NCBI GenBank assembly: GCA_016713445.1
Contig: JADJPB010000001.1
Location: forward strand, 449,000 to 512,999
Origin: Bacteroidota bacterium
GTDB lineage: Bacteria; Bacteroidota; Bacteroidia; AKYH767-A; OLB10
Direction of reading: 5' to 3'
DNA length: 64,000 bases
Within the stretch, counting starts at the first letter, position 1; each line of letters starts with the position of its first letter. Positions 20,115 through 28,561 of this stretch are shown piece by piece. The notes beneath the pieces are model-generated. The model saw only the letters and a program-made list of their open reading frames with translations. It ran no database searches and was not told the DNA's origin. The position numbers were made by a program, and so were the translations under genes.

Positions 20115-21588
20115 ACTTCTATTCCTATATTTTTGAGTTGAGAAAAAAGGTTTTCTAACGATGTATTGACTTCTTTTTGTCCTGTTTTTATTTGTGAAAT
20201 TAAATCTTCCGTATTGTGTTCACTGTTTATTGCAGTTTGCTTAACATATAATTGAATACTTAGATTGCCTTTATTTTCCAGCACTTCTTTGTTGTTCACC
20301 ACTTTTGAAAATCCTTCATCACCTTTAAATTTCCAATAAGCATCGCTTATCTTTTTTATATGCTGTGGTTCAAGCCAGGCATTAGTGCGCTCTATATGTA
20401 ATTCCTCTTTGGCATCAATAAAAATAATTTTACCTTTTCTTTCTTTTGGCTTCTTCATTCGGCATACCAGCAAACAACTTTCCATGCTGCTGTTGTAAAA
20501 CAGGTTTTTGCCTAAGCCAATTACGGCATCTACATAATCTTCTTCAATCATGCGTTTGCGTATTTCGGCTTCGCTGTCTCTAAACAAAACGCCATGCGGC
20601 CAAAGCACTACACAACGGCCAGTTTCAGGGTTCAGGCTTTTCATAATGTGCTGCTGAAAAGCATAGTCGGCACAACCCTGTGGCGGTGTTCCCCAAATGT
20701 TGCGTCCAAAAGGGTCGTTCATCCATTTGCTTTGGCTCCACTTTTTTTACGCTGTATGGAGGGTTAGCCATTATCACATCAAAGTTCTTAAGTTCGTCAT
20801 TCTCTAATATCTGCGGGCTGTCTAAGGTGTCTCCCTGCACAATCAAAAACTCATCTACATTGTGCATAAACATATTGATACGAGCAATGGCAGAGGTAAT
20901 GAGGTTAAGTTCCTGTCCGTAAAGTTTTAATGTTCTGTATTCTTTGCCTTGTTCCTTTAGGTGCAAAGCGGCACTCAGCAAAATACCACCACTACCGCAG
21001 GTAGGGTCGTAAATGCTTTCACTGCTTTTAGGGTCGGTAATTTGTGTCATCAGTTTCACCACTGTTCGGTTGGTGTAAAACTCGGCTGCGGTATGTCCAC
21101 TGTCGTCTGCAAATTTCTTAATTAGGTATTCGTAACCTTCGCCCATAATGTCATGAGGCACATTGGCCACTGTTAAGTCCATTTTACTGAAATGCTCGAT
21201 TAAGTCAAGCATTTTCTCATCGCTCATGCGGCGTTTGTTCGTCCATTGCGCATCGCCAAAGACATCATGAAGCATTTCAAAGTTGGCCTTTTCAATACCT
21301 TGTAAGTGCTTTTTGTAAAAAGGCTCCGACATCAATGGTCCTTTTTCTCACATCTTCCCAATGGCAACCATTTGGAATTTGAAACCGGTGATTTTCATTT
21401 AATTCCGCATAGCTTTTATCCCCAGCAGAGTCAATAAAAGCCTGCTCAAATTCTTCATCCCAAACATCACTGATGCGCTTAAAAAATAGCAAAGGGAAAA
21501 TATATTGTTTAAAGTCAGCCGCATCAATCATTCCACGTAGGATATTGGCTGCTCCCCAGAGATAATCTTCTAATTGTTTTTGTGTCAT
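20111..21588 (-). pseudogene. hsdM: type I R-M N6-adenine DNA methyltransferase subunit, with two frameshifts (about 21300-21335 and 20742-20748)
   Basis: There are three overlapping fragments. The N-terminus is HsdM_N-like (LWGAANILRG), motif I is DPTCGSGG and motif IV is NPPY. The third fragment continues after an A7 run as ..SVKK|WSQSKWMNDPFGRN.. Confidence 0.9.
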
Positions 21589-21814
21589 TTTCTATTCTTA
21601 AAATTCGTTTGTAAAGTTAGTTTTATATTACTGAAAATGGTCATTGGTGCGTTGGCAAAAAATGGCTCTTTTGGTTTTGCGAAGGGTTGGCTTGTGTTTT
21701 AGGCACACCAAAAGATCAAAATTTATGTAGGCGTTTCTTCGTAAACATTTTTAAGTATCATATCGCTTCAATAAAATTATCAAATACTGGTTTAAAATAT
21801 TTTCTACAAAACAA

Positions 21815-23251
21815 TTAGAATTTTTTACTGGTCTCAATCGAGTTTTTCAAACGAGCAAGTACAATATCCCCACATTTTTTTGCAATTTCTTTCATTTCTA
21901 CATTGGTTATAGTTTGATTATATAATTTTTCAGTCAAAATCGTTTGCTCACTATCAATCTTCACAGTATATTTAAAATCTAGCAAATTGAATACTAAATC
22001 TTCATACAAGTCAAAAAGTTTTGTATTATTAAATTTATAACCTCGCCATATAAATGTTACAAATATTTTATTAATTTCTTTTTCCTGAATTGGTGTGTTA
22101 GGTTTACCACCTGAATATATTATACCAATAATATTTCCAAAATTTTGAACATCATTGGAGTCAAAAAATATTTGTTTTTCAACATATCTTAAATCTCTGC
22201 CTGGTGATTTTAGTGTGGTAGTCTCATAAGCATTATCTACTTTATATAATTTCTCATTTTCAATAAAGAGTTCATTTAATTTTCCTAATTTTTCTTCGAT
22301 TAAACTAAGCAATTCAATTAAAGTTTCCGTGAATAATAATTGTAGAACTTTACGTGATTTTTTTATTTGAACAAGAGAATTATTTTGACTACCTCTTTTA
22401 ATTAAAGAAATTTCTTTATCAAAATCTCCATCATCGTCTATGCTTTCTCCTTTAGCAGCGAGGATACTTTTTTCAAAAGACCAATTTAACTGTCCTATAA
22501 TATATTGGACAAAGTATTCAATATCTCCGACATCAGCTTTGTTTAAAGCAAACAAATAGTCCTTTTTTTCAGAATCTTTAATAATACAAGGGGGATAATC
22601 GTGTTTTAGTAGCACATAATTCATTAATAATCTCGCAACTCTACCATTCCCATCATCAAATGGATGAATCCGAACAAATTTGTAATGTAACATGGCAGCT
22701 AACCATACCTTATGAGTTTCGTTACTTCTTGAATGAGTCAAATAAAATTTAATTAACTCATGCATTTCTGATGGAGTATCTTCAGGGCTAGTATAGTTAA
22801 AGATTTCACCATTTTCTAACTGAACTGAATTAGGAAATTTTTTGTATTCCCCAGGTGCAATTTCCCTTCTTGTAGGCTGTCCATCTGATGTAATTGCATT
22901 TTTCCAAAAAGGACGTACTAAAATTAATTTATTTAATTCTCTAATAAAAGCTTCACTTAATTCTCTTTCCTTATCTGAAGCTGTTTCAACTACCATCATA
23001 ATTGCAACGTTATGAGCCTTCATTTCTTCGATTTCTCTTCCCGTGAAATCACCTGACACTTTATCAAAAATGAGAAGAAGTTCAGTTTGACTATATGTAA
23101 GTGTATTCCCTTCCATATGATTAGAATTATAATTCCAATCTAAAAGAAATTTTTTCCAAAGCCTTTTCTCATCTTGCTCTTTTAATGGCTTAAGAGTATT
23201 TAATTCAGACTTTAACAAGTCTAATTTTTGAAATAATTCATTTAAATCCAT
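21815..23251 (-). CDS. Fic-domain protein (class II, with N-terminal inhibitory motif) and an unassigned ~200-aa C-terminal domain
   Basis: The Fic motif is HPFDDGNGRVARLL. The upstream SNHMEG fits the (S/T)xxxE(G/N) inhibitory helix. Residues from about 270 to 478 have no motif I recognise. Confidence 0.9.
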   Translation of the reverse strand: MDLNELFQKLDLLKSELNTLKPLKEQDEKRLWKKFLLDWNYNSNHMEGNTLTYSQTELLLIFDKVSGDFTGREIEEMKAHNVAIMMVVETASDKERELSEAFIRELNKLILVRPFWKNAITSDGQPTRREIAPGEYKKFPNSVQLENGEIFNYTSPEDTPSEMHELIKFYLTHSRSNETHKVWLAAMLHYKFVRIHPFDDGNGRVARLLMNYVLLKHDYPPCIIKDSEKKDYLFALNKADVGDIEYFVQYIIGQLNWSFEKSILAAKGESIDDDGDFDKEISLIKRGSQNNSLVQIKKSRKVLQLLFTETLIELLSLIEEKLGKLNELFIENEKLYKVDNAYETTTLKSPGRDLRYVEKQIFFDSNDVQNFGNIIGIIYSGGKPNTPIQEKEINKIFVTFIWRGYKFNNTKLFDLYEDLVFNLLDFKYTVKIDSEQTILTEKLYNQTITNVEMKEIAKKCGDIVLARLKNSIETSKKF

Positions 23252-23612
23252 TTATACTTTTGTTAATAAATCTTGAAATTACCCAATCAAAGATATTCGA
23301 ATTATTTAAAGACTCCAATTCCTACTTAAAATTAGTTCGAAATCATTTATATAAATAGATTTTACTTATGTTTTTCGATTTCGGACAATATTTAGCAAAA
23401 AATCTTACTCATATTTTAAATTAAGTCGGTTTGATTGTCTTTTAAGCTTTTTTGAAGCAAAGGTGAAACCACTTTTACCTTTAAGCCTAAGGCAATAAAT
23501 GTATGTAGCTATTCATTAATTTATACTATATTTATTTAAATTATTTTTTATTGTGTTCGTTTGTCATTTTACAAAGTGAGTCTTCTTTTTCCTTAATACT
23601 ATTTTTATTTCG

Positions 23613-24224
23613 TCAATAAATTCCGAGAATTTCTCTTTTTAAATTTACTTCTGTCGAAAGTTCTTGCAAAAATTGTCCTTGAACATATTTTTGTTTAGAT
23701 GAAGAGTCTCCAAGAAAAATTATTTTGTCAAAATATTTCCCGTGTCTAAAAAGCTTATTCTCAGAGCTGCTTTTTTTATGACGAAGTGCAAGAAAATATT
23801 TGCATTCTGGAAAAATTGATTTGATGTCTGCGGCATAACTTGAATAGGTAATTAGTCCATGAGAAGTAATGCCGTTATACTTCAATTCACAAATAATTTT
23901 AGGGATAACAAGTTTGTCTCGATTGTTTTTATTGTTATGCAAGAAAATATTTTTAACTCCCTTGAAGTCTGAGATGTCCATTGTCTCATCATATATTACA
24001 ATGTCTTGATCTACGAAACCGAACTGAAGTTGATAACCAAATCTGTCGTCCTTGTAAAGAAAAATGTCTTTGAGAACTTTGCCTTTAAATACTGTTGCAT
24101 TAGGAAATTCGGTCTTAATCTCAGCTGAAATTGCTTCAATAAGATCTTTGTTCCAAAGTTCCTCGTCTCTGTCTTTTTTTTCTGTTTCTATTTCTGCTGT
24201 CAATGTGTATGTATTATTTATCAC
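23613..24224 (-). CDS. hypothetical protein, possible PD-(D/E)xK nuclease fold
   Basis: 203-aa ORF. A D..(35 aa)..ICELKY arrangement (VDQDIVIYD ... PKIICELKYNG) resembles a D...ExK restriction-endonuclease core. This is weak, eye-based evidence. Confidence 0.4.
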   Translation of the reverse strand: MINNTYTLTAEIETEKKDRDEELWNKDLIEAISAEIKTEFPNATVFKGKVLKDIFLYKDDRFGYQLQFGFVDQDIVIYDETMDISDFKGVKNIFLHNNKNNRDKLVIPKIICELKYNGITSHGLITYSSYAADIKSIFPECKYFLALRHKKSSSENKLFRHGKYFDKIIFLGDSSSKQKYVQGQFLQELSTEVNLKREILGIY

Positions 24225-24255
24225 TGCTCTAAACTCAACTATTCACGAATACCCT

Positions 24256-24312
24256 TATCATTCTCCCTCTCATTCTCTTTCTCATTCTCTTTCTCATTCT
24301 CCCTCTGCCCCA
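24256..24312. repeat. CT-rich tandem repeat (ctcattctcYYt)n
   Basis: Read directly. It abuts the stop codon of the beta-lactamase gene. Confidence 0.75.
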
Positions 24313-25128
24313 TCACCCCCTCACTACTTCCACCCTAGCCTTCGCAAAATCCAGATTATTTGGATCATCACAAAGCACTAAATTGGCGAAGTAGTAGATG
24401 CCTTTTGTAGTTTTTGCATAACCTACGTACCAGCCGATGTCGGTGTTATCTTGGAATCCCCAGCCTGTTTTTGCATACAACTCGTAGCCGAGGGTATCGT
24501 TTACGAAGAGGATTTGGTTCACGATGTCCATGCTGCGTGGGCTTATGGGTAAGGTGCGGTTGTAGAGCTTTTGAACGAATTCTATTTGCTGTCGAGGCGT
24601 GATTTTAAGGCCTCCTCGCAGCCAAAATTGGTCGAGACCGCCCGCAGTGTCGCGGTTGCCGTATTGGAGTGTGTCGAGCCAGTATTTCATTCGCTCGCCA
24701 CCTACCCTACGCGCTAACTCTTGGTAGTACCAAACGGTAGAGTTTTTGATGGCCGTTTTGAGGTCGGTGTCGGCATTCCAAGCGGTATTGTTGCGTACTT
24801 TTTTATCCCAAGGGAGCACGAAGTTTTCGTCTTTGATGACACCCGTCTCTAACCCGATTAAGGAATTGCAGATTTTAAAGGTGGATGCTGGCGTGAATCC
24901 AACATCAACTAAGCTGTCGTTGTAGATGCTGTATTTGTTTTCCTGGGGATCGAAAAGGATGAAGCAGCCTGAGACATTGAAGGAGTCGTATAAAGCTTTG
25001 AAATCGGGACGAAGCTCTACGGTGGCAAAGAGGGAGTCTTGGGGTGGTTTGGGATTTTCGGTATGGCAGGAGGTGATCCCTTGAGAGGAAAAAAGCAAGC
25101 AAAGAAAGGCGAAGATCCGGTGGGACAT
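24313..25128 (-). CDS. class D (OXA-type) beta-lactamase with signal peptide
   Basis: The active-site motifs occur in the correct order: STFK, STV (SxV), YGN, KTG, then GWYVGY. The N-terminus is hydrophobic (MSHRIFAFLCLLFSSQGITSC). Confidence 0.85.
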   Translation of the reverse strand: MSHRIFAFLCLLFSSQGITSCHTENPKPPQDSLFATVELRPDFKALYDSFNVSGCFILFDPQENKYSIYNDSLVDVGFTPASTFKICNSLIGLETGVIKDENFVLPWDKKVRNNTAWNADTDLKTAIKNSTVWYYQELARRVGGERMKYWLDTLQYGNRDTAGGLDQFWLRGGLKITPRQQIEFVQKLYNRTLPISPRSMDIVNQILFVNDTLGYELYAKTGWGFQDNTDIGWYVGYAKTTKGIYYFANLVLCDDPNNLDFAKARVEVVRG

Positions 25129-25234
25129 AAAATTCGGGGAGATGGGATTGCTAAACTATGTAAATTTTAGCTTCGATAGAAACTTTTTTTAACGCGGCGG
25201 CGCCACGGTCAGCAACGGTCGCTGCGGTCGCTGC

Positions 25235-26361
25235 TTAACGTGGCTTCGCTGCGTTTAAAAATCCTTGTATCACGGAAGCTGCATTAAACGACGCACCTTC
25301 TCCTCCTAAACGCATTTTCAATTCCTCAAACGATGCTAACATTTTGTCACGCTCATCCGTTTCTAAAATCTTTAACAACTCACTTTTCACTTGCTTCGGA
25401 TTGAGGTCGGCTTGGATAAGCTCCTTTACGATTTCACGATCCATCACTAAATTGACCAAGGATATGAACTTGACTTTGATGAGTTGTCGAGCAATCCAAT
25501 AGCTCACTTTGTTGGCTTTGTAGCACACTACCTCGGGTACACCGAAGATAGCAGTTTCTAAAGTCGCCGTCCCACTAGTAACTAAAGCACCTGAAGAAGC
25601 ACTTAAGATAGCATACGTTTCTCCTTGAATATGAGTGATATTTGATCTATTGTCAAGGTGGGATGTGTAAGCATCCATGACTTGCGAAGGAGCCATCGCT
25701 AAGAGGAAGTGGTAGTCATGCATGTCCCGCGTCGCCTCGAGCATGATGGGCAACATGGTGTCGATTTCTTGCTTCCGACTCCCCGGTAAGAGGGCAATGA
25801 GCTTTTTGTTTTCGGGGATGCCGTGTTTCTTTTTCCAATTATCGTCAATCCATTTCGAGTGCCAATCTCATCTAACAAAGGATGTCCCACAAAGTCGACC
25901 TCCATGCCCCACTTTTGGTAAAAGTCTTTTTCAAAAGGGAGAATGACCATCATTTTGTCGATGTCGCGCTTGATTTTATGGATCCGCGATTCTTTCCAAG
26001 CCCATATTTGCGGACTGATGTAATAGATGGTTTTGATGCCTTGTTCACGGGCAAACTCCGCTATGCGTAGATTGAAGCCTGGATAATCGATAAAAATCAT
26101 CGCATCGGGCTTCCATGCTAAAATATCTTCCTTGCAAAACTTGATGTTCTTGAGGATGGTTCGCAGGTTGGCAATCACCTCGATAAATCCCATAAAAGCA
26201 AGGTCTCTATAATGCTTCACCAACTCACCGCCTTGCTCCTGCATCAGATCGCCACCCCAACATCTAAAGGAAGCCTGCTTATCGTTTTCACGAATGGCTT
26301 TCATCAAATTGCTCGCGTGCAAATCGCCCGATGCTTCCCCGGCTATGACATAGTACTTCAT
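25235..26361 (-). pseudogene. lpxB: lipid-A-disaccharide synthase, one frameshift (about 25699-25756)
   Basis: The N-terminus is MKYYVIAGEASGDLHASNLM. The C-terminal fragment has ..SGTATLETAIFGVPEVVCYK... The two overlapping fragments sum to about 375 aa. Confidence 0.9.
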
Positions 26362-26666
26362 GCAATAATTTTAAAGTACATCACGATGAATGCATAAATG
26401 AAGGTAGCGCCAATGACGCCCTTCGCCGCTCTGTCAATTTCCTTGATGTAGAAAAGATAGAACAAGCCTAAGTTTAAGATCACACCCAGACTCAACACCG
26501 CAATGGCTTTGTTGGATTTTGTCACGTGATCGATGAACCCATCAAAGGACATATAATTGAAAAATAGCAGGTAATAAATATAGAAACCTAGAATGGGCAG
26601 GAGCATGCCTGGCACAAATCCCGATTTGAATTCGTCTTTGAGTTTGTAAGATGGTTTTTTCGTCAT
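26358..26666 (-). CDS. small integral membrane protein, function unknown
   Basis: 102 aa with three hydrophobic segments. It overlaps the lpxB start by 4 bp. Confidence 0.6.
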   Translation of the reverse strand: MTKKPSYKLKDEFKSGFVPGMLLPILGFYIYYLLFFNYMSFDGFIDHVTKSNKAIAVLSLGVILNLGLFYLFYIKEIDRAAKGVIGATFIYAFIVMYFKIIA

Positions 26667-26673
26667 GAGGCAA

Positions 26674-27477
26674 TTAATCGTTCCATTTAACAGTGTTCAG
26701 GTGCTGAATGGCATGATGGGCGGTAAAATCGAATTGAACGGGCACCACAGAAGCGTATCCGTTCTCCAAAGCCCATTCGTCGGTGTCTTTGCCCGCATCA
26801 AAGTTGATGAACTTCCCGGTGAGCCAAAAGTACTTTCTTCCATGCGGATCCATTCGCTCATCAAACTCCTCCTTCCACTTGGCGTTGGCTTGTCGGCAAA
26901 TCTTAATGCCTTTGATTTTACTGATGGGCAAATTGGGAATATTGACGTTGAGCAAGGTCCCTTCTTGAATACCAATCTTCAATACGTTCTTGACCACTTT
27001 CTCGATGATCTTCATAGATGGATTAAAATCGGCCTCGAGACTAAAGTTCAAGAGGCTAAATCCAATACTCGGAATGCCCTCTATAGCACCTTCCATCGCT
27101 GCCGACATCGTACCCGAGTAAATCACATTGATGGAGGAATTACTCCCGTGATTGATTCCCGATACGCAGAGATCCGGCTTCCGATGCAAGATCTGATTCA
27201 CGGCCAGCTTCACACAGTCGACAGGCGTTCCCGAGCATTGCCAGGAAGCCACACCCTCAAAAACCTTCACCTTATCGAGTCGCAAGGGCTTACTAATGGT
27301 GATGGCATGTCCCATCGCCGATTGCGGACTATCGGGAGCTACCACAATCACTTCACCAAACTTCTTCATCGTCGCTACCAAGGCACGAATGCCAGGAGCG
27401 GTGATGCCGTCGTCGTTGGTTACGAGGATGATAGGTCGGGTTGACTTTTTCTTTGGGGATTTCTTTGCAGTAGCCAT
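26674..27477 (-). CDS. surE: 5'/3'-nucleotidase SurE
   Basis: ILVTNDDGITAPGIRAL and GINHGSN motifs are present. ATG at 27477 is the likely start; the ORF track extends to a TTG at 27495. Confidence 0.9.
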   Translation of the reverse strand: MATAKKSPKKKSTRPIILVTNDDGITAPGIRALVATMKKFGEVIVVAPDSPQSAMGHAITISKPLRLDKVKVFEGVASWQCSGTPVDCVKLAVNQILHRKPDLCVSGINHGSNSSINVIYSGTMSAAMEGAIEGIPSIGFSLLNFSLEADFNPSMKIIEKVVKNVLKIGIQEGTLLNVNIPNLPISKIKGIKICRQANAKWKEEFDERMDPHGRKYFWLTGKFINFDAGKDTDEWALENGYASVVPVQFDFTAHHAIQHLNTVKWND

Positions 27478-27822
27478 AAATAGAATTGAGGACAAAGGTA
27501 AATGATCCGTGATTAATGGAAGTTTAAACGCAACGGCGCAGCGTTTAGCAGCGGTCGCAGCGAATCTCCCGAAATCAAATCCGTGATTATCCGATTTATC
27601 CGTGTCATCCGTGCCTGCCTGCCGAAACTTCAGTGGAGGTAGATTCCATCCTAAAGCACTATAAAAGTCGAAATCAAGACATTTTAGCAGTCCTTATCCA
27701 CCCACTCCGCCAAAATTTCATGTAAAACATTGGTATCAATGTCATTATGTCTTCAAAAACATGTCTTTTTTGCAATGGAATAGTCATTGATAATGCAGGG
27801 GAAATCTTAAAACAGAAAAAAA

Positions 27823-28263
27823 ATGACACTATTAAAATTCCAAAAAGACGCTCCAGCGCGCAGCATGTTCCCAAGCACAGTCGACATGTTCAACGAATTC
27901 TTCAACGATTTTAACGGCAGCGATTTCCGCAAGTGGAATGCGCCCGCAGTTAACATCAGTGAAAACGACAAAGAATTCAAACTTCAACTGGCAGTACCCG
28001 GCATGAAGAAAGAAGATTTCAAGATTGCCATCGAAGAAAATATGTTGGTGGTAAGTGCAGAAAACAAAAAAGAGAACGAAGAAAAAACTGAGCGATATAC
28101 CCGCAAAGAATTCTCCTTCTCTTCCTTCACTCGCCGATTCAATCTACCCGAAAATGTAGACGAGAATCAAATCAGCGCGAACTACGAAAATGGAATCATG
28201 GTCTTAAACCTTCCCAAAAAAGCGGAAGCAAAACCAGTAGCGAGAGAGATTAGTATTAAGTAA
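27823..28263 (+). CDS. Hsp20/alpha-crystallin small heat-shock protein
   Basis: 146 aa with an alpha-crystallin domain (PAVNISENDKEFKLQLAVPGMKKEDFKI....RRFNLPENVD...ISANYENGIMVLNLPK). Confidence 0.9.
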   Translation: MTLLKFQKDAPARSMFPSTVDMFNEFFNDFNGSDFRKWNAPAVNISENDKEFKLQLAVPGMKKEDFKIAIEENMLVVSAENKKENEEKTERYTRKEFSFSSFTRRFNLPENVDENQISANYENGIMVLNLPKKAEAKPVAREISIK

Positions 28264-28286
28264 TTTTAGTTTAGTTTGGTTAGATT

Positions 28287-28316
28287 GGGCCCGTCGATTC
28301 GATGGGCCTTTTTTTT
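28287..28316 (+). terminator. rho-independent terminator after hsp20
   Basis: The 10-11-bp GC-rich stem gggcccgtcga-t-tcgatgggcc is followed by a T8 run. Confidence 0.75.
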
Positions 28317-28561
28317 GACAAACGTACACATTGACATCAGTTTCATGGAATTTCATTTTAAAGACTCTTTACCAGGAATTTGTAAAAAATTCCAAGCCTG
28401 GCAGTATGCTTAGGATAAAAATATCATTTAAATCTGCGGTAAAAAGAAGTTTTACTAAATTGAATTTTTATAAATAGAGAAGTTGTTTTTATAATTCGAA
28501 ATTAAATCCGTGAAAATACGATTTATCCGATTCACCCGCCTGCAGCAAGGTTCAAATTTTC

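Noticed and set aside
18947-21588. Homopolymer tracts in hsdS (19780-19786) and hsdM (20742-20748) acting as phase-variation switches of the type I R-M system
   Set aside because: The idea is attractive because phase-variable type I systems exist. However, the same kind of A/T-run frameshift hits gyrA, ssb, recF, lpxB and about 20 other genes in this window. Sequencing error is therefore the simpler explanation. Only read-level data could revive the idea.
8271-24312. Calling the island a prophage or an integrative conjugative element
   Set aside because: No integrase, recombinase, transposase, relaxase, T4SS or phage structural genes are present, and no flanking direct repeats or tRNA target could be identified. 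I describe it only as an accessory/defence island.
26665-27444. 259-aa plus-strand ORF antisense to surE, and many 60-130-aa ORFs antisense to clpC, gyrA, hsdR, hipA, ftcD, pntB and others
   Set aside because: These are shadow ORFs lying entirely inside well-supported genes on the opposite strand. They have no recognisable motifs, unusual composition and often non-ATG starts.
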